From: Vibrio cholerae ATCC 14035
GTDB lineage: Bacteria > Pseudomonadota > Gammaproteobacteria > Enterobacterales > Vibrionaceae
NCBI RefSeq assembly: GCF_000621645.1
Contig: NZ_JHXR01000003.1
Coordinates: 90,001-122,000, forward strand
Direction of reading: 5' to 3'
Length of the DNA stretch: 32,000 nucleotides
The notes beneath the pieces were generated by a model, which ran no database searches, was not told the origin of the DNA, and saw only the letters and a program-made list of their open reading frames with translations. This document shows, piece after piece, positions 1-10,472 of the stretch (the first letter of the stretch is position 1; every line of letters begins with the position of its first letter). Position numbers and translations under genes: made by a program.

Positions 1-1583
1 GCGGTGGTCACGAATCATCTAAACTGTACGCGGCGTTCAAGAACGCTCAAGACACCAAAGGTCGTCCAACCGTTATCCTAGCGAAAACCGTTAAAGGTTA
101 CGGCATGGGTGATGCGGCAGAAGGTAAGAACATTGCGCACCAAGTGAAGAAGATGGATATGACCCATGTTCTGGCGATGCGTAACCGTCTAGGCCTGCAA
201 GATCTGATCTCTGATGAAGAAGTGAAGAACCTGCCGTACCTGAAACTGGAAGAAGGCTCAAAAGAGTTTGAATACCTGCACGCTCGTCGTAAAGCACTGC
301 ATGGTTACACACCTCAGCGTCTACCTAACTTCACGGGTGAGTTAGTGATCCCTGCGCTGGAAGAGTTCAAGCCACTGCTGGAAGAGCAGAGTCGCGAAAT
401 TTCTTCAACTATGGCGTATGTACGTACTCTGAACATCCTGCTGAAAGATAAGAACATTGGTCAAAACATCGTTCCTATCATCGCGGACGAAGCGCGTACG
501 TTCGGTATGGAAGGTCTGTTCCGTCAAATCGGTATCTACAACCCGCATGGTCAGAACTACACTCCACAAGATCGCGATATCGTTTCTTACTACAAAGAAG
601 CGACGTCAGGTCAGGTACTGCAAGAAGGTATCAACGAGCTGGGTGCCATGTCATCTTGGGTTGCGGCGGCAACGTCATACAGCACCAACAACCTGCCGAT
701 GATCCCGTTCTACATCTACTACTCTATGTTCGGTTTCCAACGTGTTGGCGACATGGCGTGGATGGCGGGCGACCAACAAGCGCGTGGCTTCCTACTGGGT
801 GCTACTGCGGGTCGTACCACGCTGAACGGTGAAGGTCTACAGCACGAAGATGGTCACTCGCACATTCTGGCGGGCACAGTACCAAACTGTATCTCTTACG
901 ATCCAACCTTCGCTTACGAAGTTGCGGTAATCCTGCAAGATGGTATCCGTCGCATGTACGGTGAGCAAGAGAACGTGTTCTACTACCTGACACTGATGAA
1001 CGAAAGCTACGCTCACCCAGCAATGCCTGCTGGCGCTGAAGAAGGTATCCGTAAAGGTATCTACAAGCTAGAAACGCACGCTGGTAACAAAGCAAAAGTT
1101 CAACTGATGAGCTCAGGCACCATCATGAACGAAGTACGTAAAGCGGCACAAATTCTGAGTGAAGAGTACGGCGTAGCGTCTGACGTTTACTCTGTGACTT
1201 CATTCAACGAGCTGGCGCGTGATGGCCAAGCGTGTGATCGTTTCAACATGCTGCACCCAGAAGCAGAGGTGAAAGTACCTTACATCGCACAAGTGATGGG
1301 TACTGAGCCTGCTATCGCAGCGACTGACTACATGAAGAACTACGCGGATCAAGTACGTGCGTTCATTCCTGCACAGTCTTACAAAGTGCTGGGTACGGAT
1401 GGTTTCGGCCGCTCAGACAGCCGTGAAAACCTACGTCGTCACTTTGAAGTGAATGCTGGCTACGTGGTAGTTGCAGCGCTGAATGAACTGGCAAAACGTG
1501 GTGAAGTTGAGAAGTCTGTGGTTGCAGCAGCAATCAAGAAATTCGACATCGATACTGAAAAAACCAACCCGCTGTACGCTTAA
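1..1583 (+). CDS. aceE: Pyruvate dehydrogenase E1 component, C-terminal ~527 codons (5' end lies outside the window)
   Basis: Frame 3 is open from base 3 to TAA 1581-1583; the track ORF 105..1583 merely starts at an internal Met. The translation GGHESSKLYAAFKNAQDTKGRPTVILAKTVKGYGMGDAAEGKNIAHQVKKM... is collinear with E. coli AceE as I remember it. It is followed directly by aceF and lpdA. Confidence 0.95.
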   Translation, partial: GGHESSKLYAAFKNAQDTKGRPTVILAKTVKGYGMGDAAEGKNIAHQVKKMDMTHVLAMRNRLGLQDLISDEEVKNLPYLKLEEGSKEFEYLHARRKALHGYTPQRLPNFTGELVIPALEEFKPLLEEQSREISSTMAYVRTLNILLKDKNIGQNIVPIIADEARTFGMEGLFRQIGIYNPHGQNYTPQDRDIVSYYKEATSGQVLQEGINELGAMSSWVAAATSYSTNNLPMIPFYIYYSMFGFQRVGDMAWMAGDQQARGFLLGATAGRTTLNGEGLQHEDGHSHILAGTVPNCISYDPTFAYEVAVILQDGIRRMYGEQENVFYYLTLMNESYAHPAMPAGAEEGIRKGIYKLETHAGNKAKVQLMSSGTIMNEVRKAAQILSEEYGVASDVYSVTSFNELARDGQACDRFNMLHPEAEVKVPYIAQVMGTEPAIAATDYMKNYADQVRAFIPAQSYKVLGTDGFGRSDSRENLRRHFEVNAGYVVVAALNELAKRGEVEKSVVAAAIKKFDIDTEKTNPLYA

Positions 1584-1601
1584 TTGAAGGTAGGAAAAGT
1601 A

Positions 1602-3497
1602 ATGGCAATCGAAATTTATGTACCTGACATCGGTGCGGATGAGGTTGAAGTCACTGAGATTCTCGTCAAAGTCGGCGACAAAGTGGCTGAAGAGCAATCT
1701 CTGATCACGGTTGAAGGCGACAAAGCTTCTATGGAAGTTCCTGCGTCTCAAGCGGGTATCGTTAAAGAGATCAAAGTAGTGGCAGGTGACAAAGTGTCTA
1801 CTGGCTCTCTGATCATGGTCTTTGAAGCGGAAGGTGCAGCAGCGGCAGCACCAGCTCCTGCGCCTCAAGCGGCAGCACCAGTTGCTGCGGCTCCAGCGGC
1901 CGCTGCACTGAAAGAAGTGCAAGTACCAGACATTGGCGGTGATGAAGTTGAAGTGACTGAAATCATGGTCAAAGTGGGCGATGTGGTTGCGGAAGAGCAA
2001 TCTCTGATCACCGTTGAAGGCGACAAAGCGTCAATGGAAGTACCTGCACCTTTCGCTGGTACGGTTAAAGAGATCAAAATCGCTGCGGGCGACAAAGTAT
2101 CAACAGGTTCACTGATCATGGTGTTTGAAGTAGCCGGTGCTGCGCCAGTTGCAGCACCAGTTCAAGCTGCGGCACCAGCGGCAGCTGCTGCTCCAGCTGT
2201 TGCAGCACTGAAAGAAGTTCAAGTACCTGATATCGGCGGTGACGAAGTGACCGTAACGGAAATCATGGTTAACGTGGGCGACAGCATCAGCGAAGAGCAA
2301 TCTCTGATCACCGTAGAAGGCGATAAGGCTTCTATGGAAGTACCAGCACCTTTTGCTGGAACTCTCAAAGAGATCAAAGTGGCTGCAGGCGATAAAGTGA
2401 AAACAGGTTCGCTGATCATGGTGTTTGAAGTTGCTGGCGCAGCGCCAGTCGCGGCACCAGTTCAAGCAGCACCAGCACCAGCACCTGCGGCAGCGCCTGC
2501 TCAAGCAGCAGCTCCTGCGGCGGCTGCACCTGCAACAAGTGGTGAATTCCAAGAAAACCATGAGTACTCACACGCTTCTCCAGTCGTGCGTCGTCTGGCT
2601 CGTGAATTTGGTGTTAACCTAGCCAAAGTCAAAGGCTCTGGCCGCAAGAACCGTATCCTGAAAGAAGACGTACAGAACTACGTGAAAGAAGCGCTGAAAC
2701 GTCTGGAATCTGGCGCGCAAGCGGCGGCTTCAGGTAAAGGTGATGGCGCAGCGCTGGGCTTACTGCCTTGGCCAAAAGTGGACTTCAGCAAGTTCGGTGA
2801 TACCGAAGTGCAACCACTGTCTCGCATCAAGAAAATCTCGGGTGCTAACCTGCACCGTAACTGGGTGATGATCCCGCACGTGACCCAATGGGACAATGCA
2901 GACATCACTGAGCTAGAGAAATTCCGTCAAGAGCAAAACGCGATGGAAGCGAAGCGCGACACTGGCATGAAGATCACTCCGCTGGTGTTCATCATGAAAG
3001 CCGCTGCGAAAGCGCTGGAAGCTTTCCCTGCGTTCAACTCTTCTCTGTCTGACGATGGCGAAAGCTTGATCCTGAAGAAATACGTGAACATCGGTATTGC
3101 AGTGGATACACCAAATGGTCTGGTGGTTCCTGTGTTTAAAGATGTGAACAAGAAAGGCATCTACGAGCTGTCAAAAGAGCTGGCTGAAGTCTCGAAGAAA
3201 GCCCGTGGCGGTAAGCTGACTGCCGCTGACATGCAAGGTGGCTGTTTCACTATCTCTAGCCTAGGCGGTATTGGCGGTACAGCGTTTACCCCAATCGTTA
3301 ACGCACCTGAAGTGGCTATTTTGGGTGTGTCTAAGTCTGAGATGAAGCCAGTGTGGAACGGCAAAGAGTTCGCGCCACGTCTGCAACTGCCACTGTCACT
3401 GTCTTACGATCACCGCGTGATCGACGGTGCAGAAGGTGCACGCTTCATTACTTACCTGAACGAGTGTCTAAGCGACATCCGTCGTCTGGTACTGTAA
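1602..3497 (+). CDS. aceF: Dihydrolipoyllysine-residue acetyltransferase (PDH E2) with three lipoyl domains
   Basis: Three lipoyl domains each carry [10 protein letters not shown] and are separated by Ala/Pro linkers. There is a peripheral subunit-binding motif ([15 protein letters not shown]) and a catalytic domain with [15 protein letters not shown]. Start set at ATG 1602 ([11 protein letters not shown]), preceded by AGGTAGGA; the track ORF starts at an upstream in-frame TTG 1584. Confidence 0.95.
   Translation: MAIEIYVPDIGADEVEVTEILVKVGDKVAEEQSLITVEGDKASMEVPASQAGIVKEIKVVAGDKVSTGSLIMVFEAEGAAAAAPAPAPQAAAPVAAAPAAAALKEVQVPDIGGDEVEVTEIMVKVGDVVAEEQSLITVEGDKASMEVPAPFAGTVKEIKIAAGDKVSTGSLIMVFEVAGAAPVAAPVQAAAPAAAAAPAVAALKEVQVPDIGGDEVTVTEIMVNVGDSISEEQSLITVEGDKASMEVPAPFAGTLKEIKVAAGDKVKTGSLIMVFEVAGAAPVAAPVQAAPAPAPAAAPAQAAAPAAAAPATSGEFQENHEYSHASPVVRRLAREFGVNLAKVKGSGRKNRILKEDVQNYVKEALKRLESGAQAAASGKGDGAALGLLPWPKVDFSKFGDTEVQPLSRIKKISGANLHRNWVMIPHVTQWDNADITELEKFRQEQNAMEAKRDTGMKITPLVFIMKAAAKALEAFPAFNSSLSDDGESLILKKYVNIGIAVDTPNGLVVPVFKDVNKKGIYELSKELAEVSKKARGGKLTAADMQGGCFTISSLGGIGGTAFTPIVNAPEVAILGVSKSEMKPVWNGKEFAPRLQLPLSLSYDHRVIDGAEGARFITYLNECLSDIRRLVL
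1608..2510 (+). repeat. Intragenic tandem triplication (~300-303 nt period) encoding the three lipoyl domains plus Ala/Pro linkers
   Basis: Copies 2 and 3 begin at 1908 and 2208 (CTGAAAGAAGT.CAAGTACC) and are exactly 300 nt apart, with long identical runs such as GAAGAGCAATCTCTGATCACCGT and CTGATCATGGTGTTTGAAGT. Copy 1 (from ~1608) is more diverged. Confidence 0.9.
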
Positions 3498-3505
3498 GCG
3501 CATTC

Positions 3506-3530
3506 TCGGGTGGCGAAAGCCACCCGATTT
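3506..3530 (+). terminator. Hairpin just after aceF (TCGGGTGGC-GAAA-GCCACCCGA) with only a 3-T tail; a weak terminator or attenuator
   Basis: Perfect 9-bp GC-rich stem (3506-3514 / 3519-3527) with a GAAA loop, followed by TTT then AATGG. The short U-tract suggests partial termination at most. Confidence 0.4.
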
Positions 3531-3547
3531 AATGGTTATCTCCCAAT

Positions 3548-3576
3548 TTGACGTTGAAACTGATTTTCCGTTGAAT
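3548..3576 (+). promoter_or_regulatory. Candidate sigma70 promoter for lpdA (TTGACG-N17-TTGAAT)
   Basis: -35 TTGACG at 3548-3553, a 17-bp spacer, and -10 TTGAAT at 3571-3576 in the aceF-lpdA gap. E. coli lpdA is known to have its own promoter in the equivalent gap. Pattern match only. Confidence 0.25.
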
Positions 3577-3764
3577 TGTTGTCTAGCTCACAGGCTACAT
3601 GGATTTACTTTTCACACCATTAACATCTCTGTAAACTGTTGCGGTCTGAAAGTAATCGTTTTACATGCTTGATTTGAAACATTCGTTTTTGATTCGTTTG
3701 TAAATAAAACAACTAGATAGAACACCCATCAGCCTGTTAGGGATATTGACTACAAGAGGTCGAA

Positions 3765-5192
3765 ATGAGCAAAGAAATTAAAGCCCAAGTCGTGGTGCTT
3801 GGTGCCGGTCCTGCTGGTTACTCCGCCGCATTCCGCTGTGCAGACTTAGGTCTGGATACCGTCATCATCGAACGTTACAACACGCTAGGTGGTGTGTGTT
3901 TGAACGTTGGTTGTATTCCTTCTAAAGCACTGCTGCACGTGGCAAAAGTGATTGAAGAAGCCAAAGCGCTGACTGAGCACGGTATCGTGTTTGGCGAGCC
4001 AAAGACAGACATCGACAAAGTTCGTCTGTGGAAAGAAAAAGTGATCAATCAGCTGACCGGTGGTCTGGCTGGTATGGCAAAAATGCGTAAAGTGAACGTA
4101 GTGAACGGCTACGGTAAATTCACCGGCCCGAACACTATTGAAGTGGAAGGCGAAGAGGGCAAAACTGTCGTAACTTTCGATAACGCGATCGTTGCTGCAG
4201 GTTCTCGTCCAATCAAACTGCCATTCATTCCGCATGAAGACCCACGTATTTGGGATTCAACTGATGCGCTGGAACTGAAAGAAGTGCCTGGAAAACTGCT
4301 GATCATGGGCGGCGGTATCATCGGCCTGGAAATGGCGACCGTTTACCATTCACTGGGTTCTAAAATTGATGTAGTTGAGATGTTTGACCAACTTATCCCT
4401 GCTGCGGATAAAGACATGGTTAAAGTCTATACCAAACGCATCAAAGATAAGTTCAACCTGATGCTGGAAACCAAAGTTACCGCCGTTGAAGCGAAAGAAG
4501 ATGGTATCTACGTTTCAATGGAAGGTAAGAGCGCACCAGCACAAGCTGAGCGTTACGATGCGGTTCTGGTTGCAATTGGCCGTGTACCAAACGGTAAACT
4601 ACTGGATGCTGAGAAAGCGGGTCTGGAAGTGGACGAGCGTGGCTTTATCCGCGTGGATAAGCAAATGCGCACTAACGTTCCGCACATCTTCGCGATCGGT
4701 GACATCGTGGGTCAACCAATGCTAGCACATAAAGGCGTGCATGAAGGCCACGTAGCGGCAGAAGTGATCTCTGGTAAGAAGCACTACTTCGATCCAAAAG
4801 TGATCCCATCCATCGCTTACACTGAGCCAGAAGTGGCTTGGGTTGGTAAGACAGAAAAAGAAGCAAAAGCAGAAGGCATCAACTATGAAGTTGCTACTTT
4901 CCCATGGGCAGCCTCTGGCCGTGCGATTGCTTCTGACTGTGCAGACGGTATGACTAAGCTTATCTTCGATAAAGAGACTCATCGTGTGATCGGTGGTGCT
5001 ATCGTAGGTACTAACGGTGGTGAACTGTTGGGTGAAATCGGTCTGGCGATAGAGATGGGCTGTGATGCAGAAGACATCGCACTGACCATTCATGCTCACC
5101 CAACGCTGCATGAGTCTGTGGGTCTGGCCGCTGAAGTCTTCGAAGGCACCATCACTGACCTGCCAAACGCCAAAGCGAAAAAGAAAAAATAA
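3765..5192 (+). CDS. lpdA: Dihydrolipoyl dehydrogenase (E3)
   Basis: 475 aa. FAD-binding VVLGAGPAGYSAAFR, redox-active disulfide GGVCLNVGCIPSK, C-terminal HAHPTLHES. RBS AAGAGG lies 5 nt upstream of the ATG. Confidence 0.97.
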   Translation: MSKEIKAQVVVLGAGPAGYSAAFRCADLGLDTVIIERYNTLGGVCLNVGCIPSKALLHVAKVIEEAKALTEHGIVFGEPKTDIDKVRLWKEKVINQLTGGLAGMAKMRKVNVVNGYGKFTGPNTIEVEGEEGKTVVTFDNAIVAAGSRPIKLPFIPHEDPRIWDSTDALELKEVPGKLLIMGGGIIGLEMATVYHSLGSKIDVVEMFDQLIPAADKDMVKVYTKRIKDKFNLMLETKVTAVEAKEDGIYVSMEGKSAPAQAERYDAVLVAIGRVPNGKLLDAEKAGLEVDERGFIRVDKQMRTNVPHIFAIGDIVGQPMLAHKGVHEGHVAAEVISGKKHYFDPKVIPSIAYTEPEVAWVGKTEKEAKAEGINYEVATFPWAASGRAIASDCADGMTKLIFDKETHRVIGGAIVGTNGGELLGEIGLAIEMGCDAEDIALTIHAHPTLHESVGLAAEVFEGTITDLPNAKAKKKK

Positions 5193-5233
5193 TTTCTGAT
5201 TCACTGGTTTGGTTAAACAGTGTTTGATTGAAG

Positions 5234-5259
5234 AAACCGCTGCTTGCAGCGGTTTTTTT
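5234..5259 (+). terminator. Rho-independent terminator of lpdA
   Basis: AAACCGCTG (5234-5242), loop CTTG, CAGCGGTTT (5247-5255), running into a 7-T tract (5253-5259). Confidence 0.8.
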
Positions 5260-5329
5260 CGTCTTTGATTCCCAATTGAATGCAAAGTAAGCAGTTAAAC
5301 CGAGATTTGATACACTGGCCGATTGTTTC

Positions 5330-5358
5330 TGGACTCTGTTCACACTTCTCGCTACAAT
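5330..5358 (+). promoter_or_regulatory. Candidate rnpB promoter (TGGACT-N17-TACAAT)
   Basis: -10 TACAAT at 5353-5358 lies 7-8 nt before the inferred RNase P RNA 5' end. -35-like TGGACT is at 5330-5335 with a 17-bp spacer. Confidence 0.5.
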
Positions 5359-5365
5359 CCGCCGC

Positions 5366-5767
<402 letters not shown>

Positions 5768-5774
5768 ATTGCAG

Positions 5775-5808
5775 ACCCATCATAGCCTTGTGTTATGGTG
5801 GGTTTTTT
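5775..5808 (+). terminator. Rho-independent terminator downstream of rnpB
   Basis: ACCCATCATA (5775-5784) pairs with TATGGTGGGT (5794-5803), 10 bp including one G-U, with a 9-nt loop. A T-run spans 5803-5808. Confidence 0.65.
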
Positions 5809-5948
5809 GCTTTTTGCTGACTCAGGTCGTAGCAAAACCATTAAACTTAGCGCAAAGTCACGTCCTGTATACGCTTATGGCTAGCGGTAGTGTCTGAAAT
5901 CGGTACACTAACCCATATGACGGGCATGCCCAGCACAACGAGAAAATC

Positions 5949-6899
5949 ATGACTGCTTCTTTCCAACACATCTCTGTATTATTGAACGAATCGATTGAAG
6001 GATTGGCGATCAAGCCGGATGGTATCTACATCGATGGCACCTTTGGCCGCGGTGGTCACAGTCGCACCATTCTCGCTCAGTTAGGCCCAGAAGGTCGTCT
6101 GTACAGCATTGACCGTGATCCGCAAGCGATTGCCGAAGCGCAGAAGATTGATGATCCGCGTTTTACCATCGTCCATGGCCCTTTCTCGGGCATTGCCGAA
6201 TACGCACAGCGTTATGATCTGGTGGGTAAAGTCGATGGTGTGTTGTTCGATCTCGGCGTTTCTTCACCGCAGTTGGATGATGCTGAGCGCGGTTTTAGTT
6301 TTATGAAAGATGGTCCACTCGACATGCGTATGGATCCAACCAGTGGTATGCCAGTTTCCGCGTGGTTGGCACAAGCCGACTTGGATGACATCACTTGGGT
6401 GATTCGCGAGTTTGGTGAAGATAAACATGCGCGCAGAATAGCTAAAGCCATTGTCGAATATCGGGAAAACGAGCTCAACGAGCCCTTGACGCGTACTAGC
6501 CAGTTAGCAAAACTCATCTCCGACGCGGCGCCTAAAAGTTTCAAAGAGAAAAAGCACCCTGCCACCCGCGCTTTTCAAGCTTTTCGGATCTACATCAACA
6601 GTGAATTAGAAGAGATTGATACCGCATTGCGCGGCGCTTCTGACATTCTGGCTCCACAAGGCCGCCTGTCCGTGATCAGTTTCCATTCACTAGAAGATCG
6701 CATGGTGAAACGCTTTATGCGTAAAGAGAGCCAAGGCCCAGAAGTGCCACACGGCCTTCCTTTGACCCAAGAGCAAATTCGTGCGCTCGGCAGTGCCAAG
6801 ATGAAAACTGTGGGTAAGGCACTCAAGCCATCGGATCAAGAAGTCGAACTTAACCCGCGTTCACGCAGCTCTGTTCTGCGCGTGGCAGAAAAACTGTAG
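5949..6899 (+). CDS. rsmH: 16S rRNA (cytosine1402-N4)-methyltransferase RsmH/MraW
   Basis: 316 aa with SAM-binding [10 protein letters not shown]. It is the first gene of the dcw cluster here. An in-frame TAA at 5910-5912 excludes a longer N-terminus. Confidence 0.95.
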   Translation: MTASFQHISVLLNESIEGLAIKPDGIYIDGTFGRGGHSRTILAQLGPEGRLYSIDRDPQAIAEAQKIDDPRFTIVHGPFSGIAEYAQRYDLVGKVDGVLFDLGVSSPQLDDAERGFSFMKDGPLDMRMDPTSGMPVSAWLAQADLDDITWVIREFGEDKHARRIAKAIVEYRENELNEPLTRTSQLAKLISDAAPKSFKEKKHPATRAFQAFRIYINSELEEIDTALRGASDILAPQGRLSVISFHSLEDRMVKRFMRKESQGPEVPHGLPLTQEQIRALGSAKMKTVGKALKPSDQEVELNPRSRSSVLRVAEKL

Positions 6900-6908
6900 A
6901 GGGTTACT

Positions 6909-7229
6909 ATGCCTCGTCAGTCGCCGCCGAACCTCGCGAAGTTAATTGCCCTCGATCTACTGACGGTAGGTCGGGTGCCCTTGCTGCTTTTAGTGCTGAT
7001 TTTTAGCTGCGCTATGGGCGTGGTGTTTATGACTCACCATACTAGACAGGCGATCAGTGCTAAAGATCAAGCCTTTATGGAGCGTGAGCGGCTCGATAAC
7101 GAATGGCGCAACCTGATTTTGGAAGAAACTGCTTTGGCTGAGCACAGCCGAGTACAACAATTAGCAAGAAAAGATCTGGAGATGAAACGTCCAGATTCAG
7201 ACAAAGAAGTCGTGATCAACCTTAAATGA
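6909..7229 (+). CDS. ftsL: Cell division protein FtsL
   Basis: 106 aa with a single TM segment (VPLLLLVLIFSCAMGVVFM) followed by a coiled-coil-like region. It sits between rsmH and ftsI, and its stop overlaps the ftsI start (ATGA at 7226-7229). Confidence 0.9.
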   Translation: MPRQSPPNLAKLIALDLLTVGRVPLLLLVLIFSCAMGVVFMTHHTRQAISAKDQAFMERERLDNEWRNLILEETALAEHSRVQQLARKDLEMKRPDSDKEVVINLK

Positions 7230-8968
7230 AGAAGAAAGCCCCAGCCAAAGCCTCCCGAGTTTCTCCCCGTGTTACCACGGCTGAGCCTGCACCTATCTTT
7301 ATCCGCTGGCGTTTCTATCTGCTGCTGTTTTTTGTGCTAACGGCGTTCTGCGCTTTGGTTGCACGAGTGGCTTATATCCAAATTATTGAACCTGACAATC
7401 TGATTAAAGAAGGGGATTTGCGCTCGATTCGCGCCAAAACCTTGCAATCAGCGCGCGGCATTATTTCCGATCGTAATGGCGAAGCGTTAGCGGTGAGTGT
7501 GCCAGTCGAAGCGGTCTGGGCCGATCCTGTCGCTATTTATAAAGAAGGCGGTCTGGTTGAGAAAGACCGTTGGTATGCGCTGGCCGATGTGCTCGGACTG
7601 GATCGTCAGGAGATGATGAAGAAAATCGAGGATAACCGTTCGCGCCGCTTTATCTATCTGCAACGTCAGGTTAGCCCTGCGATGGCCAAATACATCCGTG
7701 AACTCAAATTAGCGGGGATTGGCCTAAAAGAAGAGTCACGCCGCTATTATCCCGCAGGTGAGGTGAGTGCCCACTTAGTCGGGGTGACCGGAATTGATGG
7801 CCACGGTCTTGAAGGGGTAGAGCGCAGCTTTGATAGCACCTTAACGGGTGAGTCAGGTAAAAGCGTGACGCGTAAAGATAAGTTCGGGCGAGTGGTGGAA
7901 AACATTGCCCTGGAAGAGCGTGAAGAAGGTAAGCCTATCCAGCTCACCATTGACCAGCGCTTACAAGCGATCGCTTTTCGTGCCGTGAAACAGGCGATGG
8001 CGGATTATCGTGCGACTTCTGCATCGGCAGTGATGTTGGATGTGAAAACCGGCGCGGTACTGGCGATGGTGAATGCGCCTTCTTACAACCCGAATAATCG
8101 CAATGACTGGCAAAGCTTTAAAATGCGTAACCGAGTGATAACCGATGCGTTTGAACCCGGTTCAACGGTTAAGCCTTTTGTGGTCTTGGCGGCGCTCGCC
8201 AATGGTATCGCCGACAAAAACACCATCATAGATACCGGAGATGGCACCATGCAGATTGGCGGTAGCCGCGTGCGTGATACCTCCAAAGTTGGCAAAGCCG
8301 ATCTCACGCTGATTTTGAAAAAGTCGAGCAACATTGGTGTGGCTAAATTAGCCTTAGAAATGCCGTTAGAGGCGTTATTGGGCATGTATAGCTCGGTGGG
8401 CTTGGGCGAAATGTCTGGCTTGGATTTGGTGGGCGAAACGATCGGTATTTTCCCGAATCGCCGCCGTTGGTCACAGTTTGAAATCGCCACCTTATCGTTT
8501 GGCTATGGTTTGGCGATCACGCCTATTCAGTTGGCTCACGCCTACGCGACCTTAGGCAACCATGGTAAATACCAACCTATTCATATTATTAAAGGTGATC
8601 AACATGGCGAGACGCGCCAAGTGGTTGATCCTAAATATGTCAATCAGGTGCTCGAAATGCTGGAAACGGTAACTCAGCCCGGCGGAACGGCAACGCGTGC
8701 AGCGGTACCGGGGTATCGTATTGCGGCCAAATCCGGTACGTCACGTAAAGCGATTGCGGGCGGTTATAGTGATGAATATTTTGCCTACACCGCAGGGGTG
8801 GCTCCGGTGAGCGACCCAAGAATTTCACTGGTGGTCATGGTCAATGAGCCGCAAGGCGACTCTTACTATGGCGGCGCAGTGGCCGGTCCGGTTTTCTCGG
8901 AAATCATGAAGGGCGCATTACAAATCCTCAACATTGCTCCTGATGAAAACCGCTTCCAAAACAAATAA
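7226..8968 (+). CDS. ftsI: Peptidoglycan D,D-transpeptidase FtsI (PBP3)
   Basis: 580 aa with an N-terminal membrane anchor and the penicillin-binding motifs STVK, SSN and KSGT. Confidence 0.95.
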   Translation: MKKKAPAKASRVSPRVTTAEPAPIFIRWRFYLLLFFVLTAFCALVARVAYIQIIEPDNLIKEGDLRSIRAKTLQSARGIISDRNGEALAVSVPVEAVWADPVAIYKEGGLVEKDRWYALADVLGLDRQEMMKKIEDNRSRRFIYLQRQVSPAMAKYIRELKLAGIGLKEESRRYYPAGEVSAHLVGVTGIDGHGLEGVERSFDSTLTGESGKSVTRKDKFGRVVENIALEEREEGKPIQLTIDQRLQAIAFRAVKQAMADYRATSASAVMLDVKTGAVLAMVNAPSYNPNNRNDWQSFKMRNRVITDAFEPGSTVKPFVVLAALANGIADKNTIIDTGDGTMQIGGSRVRDTSKVGKADLTLILKKSSNIGVAKLALEMPLEALLGMYSSVGLGEMSGLDLVGETIGIFPNRRRWSQFEIATLSFGYGLAITPIQLAHAYATLGNHGKYQPIHIIKGDQHGETRQVVDPKYVNQVLEMLETVTQPGGTATRAAVPGYRIAAKSGTSRKAIAGGYSDEYFAYTAGVAPVSDPRISLVVMVNEPQGDSYYGGAVAGPVFSEIMKGALQILNIAPDENRFQNK

Positions 8969-8984
8969 TAGTGTGAGACGGAAC

Positions 8985-10472
8985 ATGAACACGCATTCAG
9001 CGATCTCCGAACTGATCGCGCCATGGCTAGAGCTGACCGACCCTAAGTTGGCCGCGCTGGTCATTACTCATCTTGAACTGGATAGCCGCCTGATTAAATC
9101 GGGTGATACCTTTGTGGCTATTCAAGGCCATGCAGTGGATGGTCGCCAATTTATCGATAAAGCCATTGCGCAAGGTGCCAATCTTGTGTTGGCAGAAGCC
9201 GATGCTCAGCATCTCAATGGGTGGGTTGAGTATCGTGCTGGTGTCCCCGTCATCTATTTGGCTGAACTTGGTCAACATCTGTCAGAGTTGGCTGGGCGTC
9301 TGTATGGCGGCCACCACAATCAACTGATTGGCGTGACGGGCACGAACGGTAAAACCACCATCACCCAGCTGATTGCTCAATGGCTCGAATTGCTCGGTCA
9401 TAAAGCTGCCGTGATGGGCACCACGGGGAACGGTTTTTTAAATGCGCTTGAACCTGCGGCCAACACCACAGGTAACGCACTGCAAATTCAGGCCACACTG
9501 CGCGATTTAGCCGAGCGCGGCGCGCAATATACGGCGCTGGAAACCTCGTCTCATGGTTTAGTGCAAGGGCGCGTGAAAAAGCTCCATTTTGTGGCCGGTG
9601 TCTTTTCCAATTTGAGCCGTGACCATTTGGATTATCACGGCACTATGGAGGCTTACGCCGCCGCGAAATTCTCTCTATTTAGTGAGCATGCCTGCCAAAA
9701 CGCGATTATTAATGTCGATGATGCGGTCGGCGCGCAATGGGTCAAACAATTGCCGCAGGCGATCGGGGTTTCCTTAGTGACGAAACCAAACACAGCGCAA
9801 GCCATCTGGGCGCGCGAAGTGGCATACGCTGAAAGCGGTATTACGCTGAACTTTGAGAGTTCGTGGGGAGAAGGCGAATTGCACGCACCACTGATTGGTG
9901 AGTTCAATGCCTGTAACTTGTTATTGGCATTGGCAACCTTGCTCAGCTTGGGTTTTGAGAAAAGTGCACTGCTCGCCACTGCGCCAAAGCTGCGTCCAGT
10001 CTTAGGACGGATGGAGCTATTCCAACGTGAGCAAAAAGCCAAAATGGTGGTCGATTATGCGCACACGCCGGACGCTTTAGAAAAAGCACTGCGCGCGTTA
10101 CGTGTACATTGTGCGGGTCAGTTGTGGGCTATTGTGGGGTGTGGCGGCGATCGTGATCGCGGTAAACGTCCGATGATGGCTGCGATTGCTGAGCAGTTTG
10201 CCGATCGCGTGATCTTGACCGATGACAACCCACGCAGTGAGTCGCCGCAAGCGATTGTAGCGGATATGGTTGCAGGACTGACTTACCCCGAGCGCGCTCA
10301 TATCGAACACCACCGTTTCCAAGCCGCGAGTTATGCGCTTCAGCATGCAGGTGCGCAAGACATCATCCTGCTCGCGGGTAAAGGACATGAAGATTATCAG
10401 GTGCTGGCCAACGAAACGATTCACTACTCGGATCGTGAAACCGCCCAACAGTTACTGGAGTTACAACCATGA
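8985..10472 (+). CDS. murE: UDP-MurNAc-L-Ala-D-Glu:meso-diaminopimelate ligase
   Basis: P-loop [10 protein letters not shown] and the DNPR motif (LTDDNPRSE) typical of meso-DAP-adding MurE. Start set at ATG 8985 ([10 protein letters not shown], 495 aa, close to E. coli length). The track ORF start 8934 would overlap the ftsI 3' end. Confidence 0.93.
   Translation: MNTHSAISELIAPWLELTDPKLAALVITHLELDSRLIKSGDTFVAIQGHAVDGRQFIDKAIAQGANLVLAEADAQHLNGWVEYRAGVPVIYLAELGQHLSELAGRLYGGHHNQLIGVTGTNGKTTITQLIAQWLELLGHKAAVMGTTGNGFLNALEPAANTTGNALQIQATLRDLAERGAQYTALETSSHGLVQGRVKKLHFVAGVFSNLSRDHLDYHGTMEAYAAAKFSLFSEHACQNAIINVDDAVGAQWVKQLPQAIGVSLVTKPNTAQAIWAREVAYAESGITLNFESSWGEGELHAPLIGEFNACNLLLALATLLSLGFEKSALLATAPKLRPVLGRMELFQREQKAKMVVDYAHTPDALEKALRALRVHCAGQLWAIVGCGGDRDRGKRPMMAAIAEQFADRVILTDDNPRSESPQAIVADMVAGLTYPERAHIEHHRFQAASYALQHAGAQDIILLAGKGHEDYQVLANETIHYSDRETAQQLLELQP

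Noticed and set aside
5809-5948. Possible degraded mraZ remnant or MraZ-box repeats (TGGGN direct repeats) upstream of rsmH
   Set aside because: No frame resembles MraZ; the longest reading is LTQVVAKPLNLAQSHVLYTLMASGSV. I did not see a series of evenly spaced TGGG repeats, so there is no evidence of a pseudogene.
8934-8984. N-terminal extensions suggested by the ORF track: murE 8934, and likewise aceF 1584, murD 12852, murG 15452, murC 16470 and dapB 26736
   Set aside because: The extensions overlap the preceding gene or start at non-ATG codons, and they add residues with no counterpart in the E. coli orthologues as recalled. Downstream ATGs give canonical N-termini and lengths.
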